64,000 bases of DNA from Podarcis cretensis (Eukaryota). A model generated the notes under the pieces. The model saw nothing but the letters and a program-made list of their open reading frames with translations. It searched no databases and had not been told where the DNA came from. Of this stretch, positions 34,201 to 47,100 are shown piece after piece. The position numbers were made by a program, and so were the translations under genes. The DNA lies in the NCBI GenBank assembly GCA_951804945.1, contig OX638162.1, positions 30,194,001-30,258,000 on the forward strand, given 5' to 3'. Each line of letters opens with the position of its first letter. The stretch's first letter is position 1.

Positions 34201-34687
34201 TGAGCGGCTCTTTCTCACGCAGAGCCCGGCACTCCGGGAGGAACCGGGGCAGCCAAACGGGGGCCCTTCGGCTTAGTGCCCGAGGTGGGGCGGCCAAGCT
34301 ATGGGCCTGTCCCCGGAGCACCTGCAGAATGCGGCGGCGGCGGCACCCCCTCACCTTGTCGGAGTCGAGGTCCGGGTCGGCCTGGCAGAGGCGGAAAAGG
34401 AAGCTTTTGGGGTCCCTGCAGAGCGTCTGCCGGGTGGTGAGGAAGCAGGTGCCGCCCACGTTCAGCCGGACCCATTTCCCGGGCACGCCGCCCGCGACGG
34501 GAGGGGCCGGGGGAGCGAGGCAGCCCCCGCACGACGACGACGAGGACGACGACGAAGGCGAGGAGAAGGACGACGACGACGAACTGGAGCTGCTGCTGCA
34601 GCGCCGGCAGGAGGCGGAGGGAGCCCCGGACAGGCCAAGCCCTGCCGCCGGCACCACCGGCAGCTCGCAGGAGCCCTCCGCCGCCAT
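19265..34687 (-). CDS. KCTD5: BTB/POZ domain protein KCTD5 (CUL3 adaptor; ~261 aa, 6 coding exons)
   Basis: Exons 34355-34687, 28643-28751, 28081-28172, 27607-27702, 26250-26375 and 19265-19294. Peptides [128 protein letters not shown] and ILQERGSRM*. Adjacent to PDPK1, as in mammals. Confidence 0.96.
19655..19870 (+). mobile_element. CR1 LINE 3' end
   Basis: CCTTGGAGGTTTTCAAGCAGAGGTTGGATGGCCATCTGTCAGGG...GTTGGACTAAATGACC...TTCCAACTCTACAATTCTATGACTCTATG, the CR1 terminal hairpin plus octamer repeats. Confidence 0.85.
22523..22581 (-). CDS. KCTD5: Candidate alternative KCTD5 exon encoding an acidic C-terminus [14 protein letters not shown]
   Basis: Pyrimidine-rich acceptor ...AAACTCAG| in phase 0, matching the exon 5 donor. 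14 codons then TAA (22537-22539), then donor ATG|GTGAGC 14 nt later. Confidence 0.6.
23385..23538 (-). mobile_element. Short Penelope-like/retroposed repeat in KCTD5 intron 5
   Basis: Reverse complement of the element at 38300-38433, near-identical to it. Palindromic end AGATACACATGTGTATCT; flanked by CAACTTTTTTT on both sides. Family assignment is from memory. Confidence 0.7.
25333..25678. mobile_element. Tc1/mariner (Tc2-like) MITE, degenerate
   Basis: Ends CCATATTGGCCCAAATATAAGC / GCTTATATTCAGGCCAA, the same TIR family as 49871-50456. Confidence 0.75.
29762..30170 (+). mobile_element. CR1 LINE 3' fragment (interrupted)
   Basis: GGGGACATGGCAGAGGTGTATAAAATTATGCATGG (RGDMIEVYKIM-like) ... 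CTTCTTCACACAGC ... GGATTGGACAAATTCATGG. Confidence 0.75.
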
Positions 34688-35090
34688 CCTGGCTGCGCGC
34701 CGGAAGGTCCGCCTTCGAAAGGCGTCCCCTCCGGGCAGCTGTCCCAGCAGGCTCTCCGAGAGCGCATGTGCGGCGGCGGCGGCGATGTGGCTCCGCCCCC
34801 TGCCGTCCGGAAGTGAGGGAGGAGAGAGGCCCCTCCCCTTCTGCGGGCTTCTTCTGCTTGCTGGGTACGCCAGCGGGAAGAGGGGCGGAGGCGCTGATTA
34901 ACTCTTTGCTTGCCGGCCGCTTTTACCATCCAACCTCCGCCTCGCCTGGTCTCTCCTTCTTCCGCGCCGATGGAGGGCGCGGGGGGGGGGGGGGATCAGG
35001 AGCTCTATGTCTGCCTGCCAGGAGACCGTTCACGCAGGAAAAGCTGTGCTCTCCCGCCTCCCTCCCTGAGTTTGCGGGCAAAGCGGGGGG
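34100..35090. promoter_or_regulatory. CpG island / KCTD5 promoter
   Basis: CpG-dense region over exon 1. ETS/GABP site CCGGAAGTG at 34807, GC box CTCCGCCCC at ~34791 and NRF1-like GCGCATGTGC at ~34762. Confidence 0.85.
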
Positions 35091-35328
35091 CATGTCAATA
35101 CCCACACTATGCCCACATTTATTTAGTTAAATTGAATTTCTGTACCGCCCTTCATTTTATGCTTACAGGGCAGTTTATAGCACAAAAGCACATAACATAG
35201 CAGTAAACAAAAAACAATAACCCACCCAGAATAACAATAACCCAACAGAATTTTAAAGACCTTGGATCAATCAGCCAAAGGCCTGGGAGAAGAGGAATGT
35301 TTTTGCCTGGCACCTAGTAATCTGTAAT

Positions 35329-35594
35329 TGTTATGTACTGAAGTTTTCACCCTGGGCCAGCAGGGGGGATACTGTAGATAAGTTTTCACCCAGGTCCACA
35401 TATGCAAATAAGGGATTGAAAGTGACGTTCAGTGATTGGATAGTTACAGAAAGTAGTTACTATTGCGTTGTAGTGGAGCTCTATATAAGCAGGCTGGCTG
35501 AACCCTTTAGTTCAGTTCTGTTCTGGCCTGTGAATAAACAAGAGCTGCTTGAAGAATCGCTGTGTCGTCTGATATGTTCACCCACAACTTAACA
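35329..35594 (+). mobile_element. Solo LTR (266 bp)
   Basis: TGTTA...TAACA termini, perfect 5-bp TSD GTAAT (35324-35328 and 35595-35599), internal TATATAAG (~35482) and AATAAA (~35533). Confidence 0.9.
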
Positions 35595-35974
35595 GTAATG
35601 AAGGCACAAAACATAAAGAGGGAGCCTCTGCAGAAAAGGCGCACGAAGGGCCTAAGGTCATATCAGTAGTTCATATCCTTGAGGTCCTGAGTAGTTTTTA
35701 AGGCTTTATAGCTCAAAACCAGCACTTTGAATTGGGCCTAGAAACTTACTGGTAGCTGGGAAAGGATCAGTGTTATATGATCAAAGCATATTGTCCTGGT
35801 GAACAACCTGACTCCTGAATTCTGTGCCCACTGACATTTTCGAAACATCTTCAGAGGCAGCCCTGCGTATAACACATTGCAGTAATCTAACCTAGAGGTT
35901 ACCAGAGCATAATCAACTGAAGTTAGGCTATTCTTGTCCAGACAGGGGTGCAGCTGGGCCACCAGTCTAAACTG

Positions 35975-36105
35975 ATGGTTAGAGCATGGTGCTAATAACG
36001 TCAAGGTCCTGGGTTTGATCCTCATACCTACATATTCCAGCATTGCAGGGGCTTGGACTAGATTACCCTCAGGGTCCCTTCCAACTCTACAATTCTATAA
36101 TTCTA
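35975..36105 (+). mobile_element. tRNA-derived SINE with CR1 tail nested in L2
   Basis: TGGTTAGAGCATGGTGCTAATAACG...GGTTTGATCC head plus TTGGACTAGATTACCCTCAGGGTCCCTTCCAACTCTACAATTCTAT tail. Confidence 0.75.
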
Positions 36106-38299
36106 AGGCACTCTGTGCAACCAAGACCACTTGACAAGCAATGGATCTAGAAGTACCCTCAAGCTGTGCATCGGCTCCTTTGCAGGGAGTTAAACTCCTT
36201 CAAGAGCAGGCAACCTCCCATCCATCTGGTCTAGGGAACTGCCCACTAACAGTGCCTCAGTCTTATCGGGATTAAGCTCCAGTTTGTTGGCTCTCATCCA
36301 GGCCATTACCAAGGCATGACACCTATCCAGCACATCCACTGCCTCACCTGCAGATGTAAAGGAGTAGAGCTGTGTGTCATCCACATATTGCTGATAGCAT
36401 ACTCCAAAACTCCAGATAATCCCTCAGCTGCTTCATTTAGCATGGGGGATAAAACCCTGAGGAACCCCGCACTGAAGGCTCCACAGAGCCAAAGAGCACT
36501 CTCCAAGCATCACCCTCTGGAAATGATCATGAAGAGTGGTGCCAACCACCACTAACTTGGACAGCCACTCCAGAAGGATACCATGGCTGATAACATTGAA
36601 AGCTGCTGACAGGTCAAGGAGAAGAGGCACATTTCCTCTCTCTTCTGACAGAGATCATCATACAGGGCCACTAAAGCAGTTTTTGTGCCTAGTTGGGCCT
36701 AAACCTCAAATGAAATGGATCTGGATCACATTGCCTGGACTGGCTCGGGGCTTCATGGTAAGCAGAAGAGTACATGACAGGTGTTTTGCTGCAAGGGTGG
36801 GTGGAAATGTCCTCTGTGTGGGGGATATAGCACTGGCTGCATTCTCATGAATACACTGATCTGATGTTGGCCATTACAGCCCTCACTTCTTTGAAAGGTT
36901 AGCCTTAAACCTAAAAAGCAGCTTTTAAAATACCTTTGTGGGGGGGGGGGGGGAGAGTAATGTTTGACACTGCAAGCCTTACTCTAATGCAGCATAATGG
37001 GGCCTGTGTGTTCTTTTCCCACTCAGGACCCAGCAGCCACTTCTGTGCCACAGTATAATACATGGCCCTCACACAAAAAAGGGGCTGGGAACTGGAGACT
37101 GCCTTCCTTCCACCTACCCAGCTCCTGAAAAATAAGTGAATGATGCAAGCCAATGTGGATCGTGGGACATGGAGAGGGAGAGAGAGAGCGCATCCCAATC
37201 CATTGGCAGATTGATACAGGACGACATGGAGGATCCACGAGTATTTTGCTTTAATGGTGGATCAACGTTTTTCTTCAGCAGTTTCCATACTGGCAATAGG
37301 TAATGCAGATAGGGGAATTCAGAAGTTTTGAACCATGGAATATGCAATGTTTACTTATCCAAGCCTAAATTTGCTTTGCTATTTTGGGAACATGAATGAA
37401 GCGCAGATATGTTTTATTCAAACATGCAATACAAATGCTGTGTGTTAGAGATGAAACTGCAAGCTGCTGTATCTTAAGTTATACACCACTTAGGTTTTCC
37501 ACTTAGAAAGAAATGAGGAAATAAAAAAGCTGAAACTTGAAACAATCACCATAATAAACAGGAGGGTTTTATTATCTGGGATTAGAAACAGTATGCAGAC
37601 ATAAGCATCATCATGCAGCAACAGAAGGAACTCAATTTTTAAGAGGAAAAAGCTCAGAAATAAATACCCCTATAATGTAACTATGAAGTAGCAATAAAAC
37701 TGGATATTGTTACAACTTTTACTATTGGAGAGTTCAGCTTGATCACCACTTAAAAGTATGTGCACTCCTATGTACACTTACCTGGGAGTAGGTCCCATAG
37801 ACTCAGTGGGATTTGCTTCTAAGTACCATGCATACCAAAAGGTTGCAATTGCTTATAATAACTGTAGACAATAATTAGCTATCCCAAGCTAATTTATATC
37901 ACTACCCCATGAAATAATTCATCACTGAAGATACTAACCTAGGTCTCATGTTTATTTCTATAACCAGAATTAATGCCTGAAAAATCCAGAGCTTCCCATT
38001 TGGAACTTTCACTTTGAGCTTCATGGATTTCAGAAACAAGTTTGCATAAACTGAAACAAGCTTTTCACACATTAGTTTGCTCCTTAATTGATGGGAAGCT
38101 TCCATACAATTCTAGTTCTTTCACAATGCAGAAGATGTGTGAATCTGAGGCAAGTGAGAAGCAGTGTCAGAGGCTGGGTTTGGGACACAAAAGGTTTGTG
38201 TCACTGTTTTACGAGTTAGCAGACCCAGCCCAGCTTGTCTTCCTGGACCAAATACCTGATGGTGTTGTCTGTGTGGTAATTCAAACAGAACTTTTCCAA

Positions 38300-38433
38300 T
38301 TACAGATAGGTAGCCGTGTTGGTCTGCCATAGTCAAAACAAAAAAAAATCCTTCCAGTAGCACCTTAAAGACCAACTAAGTTAGTTCTTGGTATGAGCTT
38401 TCGTGTGCATGCACACTTCTTCAGATACACTGA
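38300..38433 (+). mobile_element. Short Penelope-like/retroposed repeat in the probable PDPK1 3'UTR
   Basis: TTACAGATAGGTAGCCGTGTTGGTCTGCC...CTTCTTCAGATACAC with a 13-bp direct repeat AGAACTTTTCCAA at 38287-38299 and 38434-38446. A second copy lies at 23385-23538. Confidence 0.75.
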
Positions 38434-41141
38434 AGAACTTTTCCAAAACACTCAGCCTTATGTGTGGTTTATTTATATACACTTGATTGTAAAAACAACA
38501 ACCACAACCACCCCTCAAAGCAGTTTAGTAATCCAGTCAAATGCAGCAGCAAAATGCTACCCGCCTCCCAAGGTCTAATATTTGCAGCAGTGTGAACTGT
38601 GACAAACACGGCTTTTAAGACTATTGCACTTGTCCTGAAAGTGGCTGAAGAGAGATGATTTACTTGAGAGCAAGAGTATGGAGAGTGCCGTTAACTAGAT
38701 ACCTCAACCCTAGTCCGGACTTGAATTATATTATCACCTATTCTAAAGGTGTCCACTCAGCCACCTGAACCAGCATTTCCGCTCTCTTGCCTTTTGAAGC
38801 TTCAGACCTGCTGTGAAAGTGAGATGACTGGATCTCTTTCCCCTTCTCTGCTCCTCCTGTCTGTTCCCCCTTGGTCCAAACTGACTCTTCCCCTCTAGTG
38901 CTATTTTTCTTATGGTCCTCCCACTGGCTCTACTCAAGGCTGGGAGAGACTGCTTGACCGGAAGAGATGGGACACCATTTTTAATGGGGCAGAGATGCTT
39001 CCTCTTAATCCAAGTAAAGCAGGATGTAGCCAGCAAATTTAGGCAAGCCAAGCAGAAAAATGTGTCCTCTGGTGCAGTCGCAGAGCAGTTCTGCCAACAT
39101 AATAGTATCGCTGGACATTTCTTACTAGAAAGACTCCTTGAATTATTAGAGAGATGAATTGTGCAGAACAATTATCATCCATGGGAGAAGTCAAATCTGT
39201 GTGTGTCATCATTTTCCAGAGAGGAGCTTCCCAGCACCTCTCCTGAGACAATCTAATACAGTTGTGGGTGATGATAAGTTGCCACTTGCTTTCACCCAAT
39301 GGGATTCAGTTTTACCAAGGGGTAGGGGGAAGGAAGAAAAACAACCAGCATGACTGACAGCTGTTGTAAGGGGATTCTCACTGCCAAAAGCACTTCTACT
39401 TGGCTCCACTACTTCTGGTGGCTTGTTAAGAGTCATGGTTGCATTGCCTGGCTGCAGGAAATGAATACATCCATGTTCCATGCGATGGCTTTTGCAGACA
39501 GTGTGCATGTATGAACAAACACATGGGTGTGTCAGAGCTTTACAGGAAAAATGGTCCAACTTGTAGACAGAACTAGAGATAACAGTAGACCAGCCTCATC
39601 TGTTCCAGAAGTGTTATTCACCTTGTGCTGGTGGAACTTTGAAAAGAGCGGATTCTCTTATTTCCAGCAACAACCAGACACTCTCCACTTCCAAGTCTAC
39701 TCCTGACTTTAAGGGCAAGAGAAACCCTCACCTTCAAAATGGAACCTAAATCTGACACCTCTTGCTCAGCACTAGTGAAATATTCTCTCTTACGGTACAA
39801 GTGAAAAGTGAACAGAAGTGGTACCAGTACTTTTGGGGGGTGAGGAAGAGAACTGGTGTCTGGGCAAGAACCTGTTCCCCTCCCTGCAAAAAAGCTTGGG
39901 CTACCCAGATATCAGAGCACACCATAGAGAAAGAATGCTTGCAGTGAGAAAGCAATATCTTTGCTATGTTACAAGAAATGTTTGACCATAACAGTTTAAT
40001 AGGAAAAGGACAAAAGAACGATATGAAACATTTGATAGATATGACTCAAGTACCATACACTTCCCCTCCTTTGTATCAACATTTTTACATAAACACAACA
40101 ATTAGTCTGATTAGTGGAGGGGCTTAAATATATTTAAATCATGTAAAATATTTTCAAAGTTGCTAAAAGGTCTGACGCTTTGCCATTGAACAAGACAGGA
40201 ATATATTTGTACACCTCATTATACAAAGAGACAACAAATCAAGTCATCAGTTGTACAACCGCGCTTCTCTCCCCAGGCACAACAGGCCAGCCCCCTGCAG
40301 TGCTCCACCCTGGAAAGAACCAGCTTGCTCCCCCTCCCCCTCTTCGGAAAAGGTGAAGAGTCTATTTACTACATCAATACAGCTTGGTACTAACTAGGCA
40401 ACCTCTCAGTTAGTATTAGTTAAAAGCATGCTGGTAACTTTAATGCTCCTTATTTCAACATGTAAATGCATCAAATTAAAATTCCATGTTTAAAATTGTA
40501 TGAAATTTGATTTCTAGGATTAAGTGCCACATTCAAATTTTCCCTCTCTTACCACCTGTGCCGGAGTGTATCTATCTGCAAAACATGCAATTAAAAGTAC
40601 CATCCATGGAGAATCCTGCAACTGGACACGGCCTGAAGGGTTCGGCAAGGGCGTCCATCCGCTTGCAGCAGCGGTTACAAGTGCTGGATACCAACTAGAG
40701 ACCAACTAGAAGGGAGGAAGTGGCAGCAGAAACAATGGTGGCCTCTCACACGGAGATGTTTCAAAGCTCCCTGACGAAACACAGTTGCATGATAAAATCG
40801 GAAAGTCACAGTAATAATCCCGCCCCACATGATCTGGGCTGTGCGCGTGGCTTGGCTTAACTCATCTACACTGAAGTCAGCAGTTTGCAGCAGAAGCCAA
40901 GGGAGTCTCTCACGGCAGCAAAGAGAGCTGTGCAAATGTGTGTGTGTTTGGAAGCCTCAACAGAAGCACAAAAGCAAGCAAAGCGACCCTGAATTCCATT
41001 GGTTGGGCTTTTCCTTAGAGAAGGAACTAGTTTTGGCCCTGGAGATGGATGTAGGCTGGGCTGGGAGGAGTCCTCAGGCTGGGAGCATGTGGCGCTCTAG
41101 CAGCAAGGAGGGAGGCAGGGCACTGGGGGGGGGGGGCAGTC

Positions 41142-44100
41142 TCATTTCGCAGTGTTCTGGTGGTATATGTGTCGCCAAACCTCGTGTATCTTTTTGCACC
41201 ATTTATGAGCGTTCCCACTTGGGTCCATCAGGTAGTATGTCCTGTTAGGCTACAAGTAAACAAAGATTTAGTCCCTACTCATTTCTGCAGCAAGAACCTA
41301 ACTGAGCTGAACAAGGCCAGAAGGCAGTGCATGGGCTTGGGCCTCCCTTCCCTCCCCTGGGGATGAAGGTTGCACACAGTACTTTGTACATCAGAAGTCT
41401 CTCACTGTAAAAACCAGACAACAGGCATGAGCTATTAAAAGGCAGGGGTGGCTGTGTGAGCCAACTCTGGCCTGAGAAGGTACAAGAGTCATCAGTGTGT
41501 GGAGCTGTGTCACTGGGGAGCTGCTACTTCAGGAAGTTCTAGATCCATTTTTCAAAAAAGGGGAAGGATCCCACAGCCAATTAACACCTCCAGCACCTCC
41601 CAGGAAGCACTGGCAGCAGAATGGGCCTGCTAATACCACACCTGCAAGAGCCCACAGAACAGGACCTGTCAAGTCAGAACTTGTCAGCAGGAAGAGGTCA
41701 CTTACTGTGTGAACAAAGAAGGTCTTGAAGTTCTTGGCTTCCGGCCGGAGTTCCAGCGACCAAGGTATTTCTCCTTTCAGAATTTTGTTGACAGGGTCCA
41801 CATAGTACAAGTGTGGCCCTTCAGTGAGCAGCAGCTGACGCCTGCGAGCAAAGAGCCCCTGCAGAGGAGGACACAACACTTAGAGCTAAGCCAGCGCTGC
41901 AGGTCAGCAACTTCAAAGAAAGGAACAAGAAAGGCAGGATTCTAGCACCATCACAGGATACTGCTTAGGACTCAACACTCTTGTTATAGAGCACAAAGTG
42001 ATCATCACAACATCTTCTGAGCAGCCTCTCTGCCATTTCCATATGCAACACAACCAGCTCACAGGACGAGGAAGGGGAAGTACCTATTAACTTTTTTGCC
42101 TTTCCTGCAACAGTCTCCAAACCAAATTTTGGACAAATGATGAAATGACTTCAAAGCTCAAACTCTCTTCTAGGCAACACTCTCTTTCCCTGAGACCCTC
42201 ATTCCCTATGACAGCAGGGGAACTGTCATCATGGGAGTGGGACCTCCCTGAAGACCTCATCCAACACTCTCTCTGCCTCTTTTGCCGTTTCCAGGTCTGG
42301 GAACCAACTTGTTCCTGGAGCTCACTGTACTCTAGAAACACCCACAACTTCTGCCCAATGGGGAGATAGTCAAATATATGGCAGGCTCTGCAAAACACTA
42401 GAAGGCCTCCCTCCCTCCCCACTAGTTTATTTATTTTTTTAGTTACCTAATTACCAACCACCTGGTACACATGGAAGAGCATACAAATAAAATTATGAAA
42501 TGTGGAGGTCAAGGAGAACAAACAGGGTTACACTCCCCACCACAAACTACAACATTTGGATAATCTGCTTTTGGTTTCTCTTAATATGTTTCTTTCCCCT
42601 CCACTACTCTGCAGGTTTTTTTTATTTCATATCCCCAAGTACTTTAGACTCACAAGTACAATCATTTAAAGAATGAATCCGAGGCACAGGATAAGGTGAC
42701 TTACCTTCCGTTTGTCAACTGGACCCATTTTCAGTATTAGATTATTTTCTACAAACTGGTGCCTGAGAAGAAAACATCACCTTGTGTTATTTCCATCAAT
42801 CCATCATTCATTGCCAAGCCATCCACTTACAGGCTTTTAGATACAGAGTGTCAGTGAGAGGAGGAAAAGTAGCCAGCAGCCAGATGTAGCTAGCAGCACT
42901 TTTATGGGACTGTCAGCTCTGGGTCAGATCCCATGGCAGAAATTGGCTGCATTTCTAAGCTCTGGCCAATTCAAATGGTCCTGGTTCCCCCTTTTCTAAA
43001 GCCCCAGATTCTGCCACCCTCCATTGTTAGGAACATGCAAGTGAGGTGCAAGACTGATGAAGCTGAACTTTATTTGTGGAGCAGGATGTCACTCAAGAGA
43101 GGGGGAGGGAGGGAGGGAGAGAAAGCAAGTGTAAGCACATGTGTGCACACACATTTGCATAAGCCACTCTATGGGGGAAAAACCCCACATCCCGCAGTGC
43201 TTACCAGGGATTTCCACCAGCCTGCTTTGCCAAGAGTAACCTTTTCTCCTTTTCAGAGAACTGGAGGTCCAGCTCAAAGGAATTGCTGTCGAGGTTGTGA
43301 ATGTATTGCTCTATGTTGTTGCTGCTGCCTGAGGTTTGTGGGGTGGACGTCTCCGGGGAAGACAAGGACTGAGAAGAGGCGGAGCCAGACACTTGCAGGC
43401 AGCCAAACTGACTCAGGAGATTGTCATACTATCAAAATGAGAAATATAGTTTTCAGAATAAATGGGGGCAAAGTATGTGGCATCTTACCCTTTTCTTCTG
43501 ACCAATATATCTGCCAACATAATATCCAAGTTGTCTTCAAGAGTAAATCCAGTAACATTAATGGGCCTAAATTAGATGTGCCAATGAATGTGACTAACAA
43601 TGGATACAACCAATGTTATATTATTTATTTATTATTCTGAATGCTCTCTTTAAATGCTACTAGTACTATCATGTACTTACGCTGTATAAACACTGTAAGC
43701 CCATACTTTAGGAAAGCAACACATTTCATCTACAAGAAAACAAACAGCTTCCAACATACAGTATCATAAAATACTGTATTTTTCTGTGTATAAGACTATA
43801 TTCCCCCCCAAAAAAGTAAGTTTAAAAAGGTTGGGGGGGCATCTTATACACAGAATGTTGCAATTATTTATTTATTAATTTAGGCTAAAAATCGTCTTAT
43901 ACATGGGGGCGTCTTATACACGGAAAAATATGGTAGCTGAGTGGCCGTCTTTTATTTTACTCAGTACATCACTTTTGCCATCAAGGCAAAATCCCACTCA
44001 TTTTCTGGCCACTTGTTCTGCTGTTAGTGATATTCTCCATTTCTTTGCTTAAAAACATTCTTGCTTCAATTCACAAATGGGACTAATTCCTTATGCTCTG

Positions 44101-47100
44101 TCTCACTGAGGCTTCAACACAATTTAGTGAGGACAGGACCTAGAGAGGTTTCATAATCTATGGACTGTAAAATGCTTGATCTGCTTCCTTTTTAATAATA
44201 GCATTAATAATAACCACCTCCCTTCTCCTGTTGACATTTCCGGCACATGCTTGTACTGGACTTTTTCTACTTTCCTTTCCAGTTATACTTAAGAAAATCA
44301 GTAGGCTTCCCAAGATTTTCACCAGAATGATTTTACCTATATTCTGCAGCTATTTAACTAAATTTTATGGGTGATTTGCAAGTCATAAGAGGCCAATTTA
44401 AATCAAGAGGCTCCAGTAGAGTGATTTCAATGGGTCTACAATTGAGTATGACACTGAGACACTGGATATCACGCTGCATCGTAATAAAGGGTTGTTTTAC
44501 CTAATTTCTCCAAATCAGTTAATTTCCTCAGAGCAATCCTCACCCAATCTGGGTAAGGCACAGTAGAGTGTAATGGGCAGCATAGCCACTGCTCCATCAG
44601 TTGCACATAGCAACCAGGACAGATGTGGGGGCAAGCAAACCCTTGTTCCACCCTACAGTCCACCCTGGGACTGCTGACAGCAGTGGAGCCAGTTCAGTCC
44701 TCCTGCTCCAGAACACCCCATTTGGCAGGCAGCATGAGAAATTCAGTGGTGCTGGAGGAGTGCTGCTGAGGCCACTCTGAACAGCAGAAGGAGATTTCTG
44801 CCCTATCCATCCATGCTACCCACCCCCAATATGGCAGATGAGGGGGCTCGGGTCGCAGCCTCACTTGATTCACTATCTACATAATTTATTACCCATTTTA
44901 CGTTAGGACACTCAAGCCAAAGGGGGGGGGAAGGTTTGTTGGATTCAATTTTCTCCTAATTTCTGAAGGATCAATAGTCCTGCCTTGATTGATTAAATAT
45001 ATGTATCAGAAAAATCCCTGTCTCCAAATTTTAAAGCCTCTAATTCTTTCACAAATTTCACCAGTGATCCCATATTTTTAACCAGCTGGAAACTAGAACA
45101 TTTCCTTTTACTTGCTTTGTTCTATTTCATTATCTCCTCACAGTATATCCATGTATCACTCTTTAACCCTCCACTTGCATGCAGAAATTCTGCGAGAGAG
45201 GGAGGAAGCTGGGAAGGAGTTCTGCTTTCAGCTCAGTATCTGCTCTCACCCTCTGGTCATGTGAACTGGACAAGTGAAAGTGAGGGTGACAGAGGAGCCA
45301 AGGATTAGATCAGAACAAGAACTACAGGCCTATTTCTCCCTTGAAGGATGCAAGAGTATTGAAAAGACCTCTATGGAGCATGGTAGATCAAGATGGGAAC
45401 TCCTACTGAGAATGCTGAGATGGATGGAGAAGGATGTGAGGCACTCACAAGGACAAACTGCCCTTCAGCAGCCTTTGATCTCCCCTGGCATCAGTATCAA
45501 AGCCTGCACTTACATTTCCATAGCAATCCTCATCATCTTCTGACATTGCGGGCAAATATGCAGTGAGCTTGGGTGGTGTCTGAAGATGCAGATTCTCCCA
45601 GGTGATGGAGTCGAAAAAGGGGTGGGCCTTCAAGGGCTCATATCCTCCCATTTCTTCACAGCCTAACCTCTTGGTAGCATCTTGGACCTGGTTAAGTGAA
45701 GACACAGTTACATTTTCCCTGGAAAGACTCAGGGGGCGTCTTTGGCTCCACTCCCTGTCATTTCAGATCTTGGTGATTCAGTCAGTCCACCTCTGTGGAC
45801 AATCTGTTAATATGGGACCTTTGATGTACCTTGCAGAAGTGAGACTCCAGGAAGGAGGAGGACAATTGAGATTTCTTCTCCAAGCACCCCTTCATGGTGA
45901 TTCACAAGGGGCTTTTGCAATAACCCATGAAACAAAGGCTTGTATAGGTTTAACTGGCATAAAGCAACGGAATAGAGATCCTCTCAAGGAACTGGTCATG
46001 GAGTCAACTTGTTTTGCTCCACTTCCTAAAGCAAGTGGGAAGCAAGTGGCCAATTAAAAGAGAAAAGAGATGGAAGGAGACAGGCAGGAAGGAAAGGAAT
46101 GATGGTTGCTGGCCTTGAGGCTGACATCTGTATCACATGGTTCTTGTGGTGCTAAAATCTTGAACACCATCTGACTGAAAAGTTCCAGCTAGTTTGGGAA
46201 CAAAACTAACAGTCTAGTTCCATGAAGAGAGGGAAAGTAGGGGGGCCTTAGCTGGAAATTAATATCTCAACACAAGGTATAAAGGAGTATATCTGTGGGT
46301 CGGGGTGAGGCTGGGAAGAGAGAGGGCAGAAAACCCCATGGGAAGGCAGTGGGGATTAAGAAACAAGGCTCTGAAGATGCTTTGTGGAAAAGCAGGAGGG
46401 ACAGGGAACAAGTCAAAGGGGCAACAGTTGGGGGGCGGGACTCTGAAGCCTAGAGGGCCAAAACACCGGCTGGGATAGAACAGCAGCAATGAGTACCACA
46501 TTTTGTGCAAGTTATCTGACTGGAAGCTTCTAGCATGCATTTGAAACTTTTGACAATACAATTCATTTACCAAAAGCTTTTCTACGAGATCTTTTGCCTT
46601 CGGAAAGAACTTCTCTGGGAATTCATACTCCAATTTGATTATCTTCTGGAATATGAGATATTCATTTCTGCAAAAAGGATGGGGAAAAGTATAGTTACAT
46701 CTATGCAAACATTTCCTATAAGTCTACTTCAAGGTTGAAACTATTCCACCCTATGGGTACACAGGCAAACACTAACTTGGTGGGAAGTCTGGCACTGGTG
46801 TGCTCCAAAGTCTTACCCGGCTCTGAATGGTGGTAATCCTGCTACAAGCTGGTATACGATGCAGCCAAGAGCCCACAGATCCGAACTGCATCATCAAGAC
46901 AGGCAAAAAGATGAGAAGGCAAAGCAGAAGAGTTAGCACTGTGGGCATATCCAATTTCACCATCTCCTTGTTCAGGCACCCACAACAAAAGCATACAACA
47001 TATTCCCTTTCAGGCAGAACTGCAAATTCCCCTGGAGTATCAGACTTTAATTTATTTGGAATGCCTGGTAAAGGCACCTTGAAGAAAAGGTGTTTATCCC

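Larger units (their letters stand above)
35115..36730 (-). mobile_element. Decayed L2 LINE (RT region to 3' end) carrying nested LTR and SINE insertions
   Basis: Frameshifted minus-strand peptides LLDLSAAF, CGVPQG, (Y)xDDTQLY, NKLELNPDKTE and ALVTSRLDYCNVLYAGLP, typical of L2 ORF2. Confidence 0.9.

Noticed and set aside
34329-34901. Plus-strand ORF with acidic tract [17 protein letters not shown]
   Set aside because: Antisense shadow of the KCTD5 exon 1 poly-Ser (TCG)n repeat.
42933-43640. 235-aa plus-strand ORF
   Set aside because: Antisense to PDPK1 exon 11 and flanking introns; no recognisable protein features.
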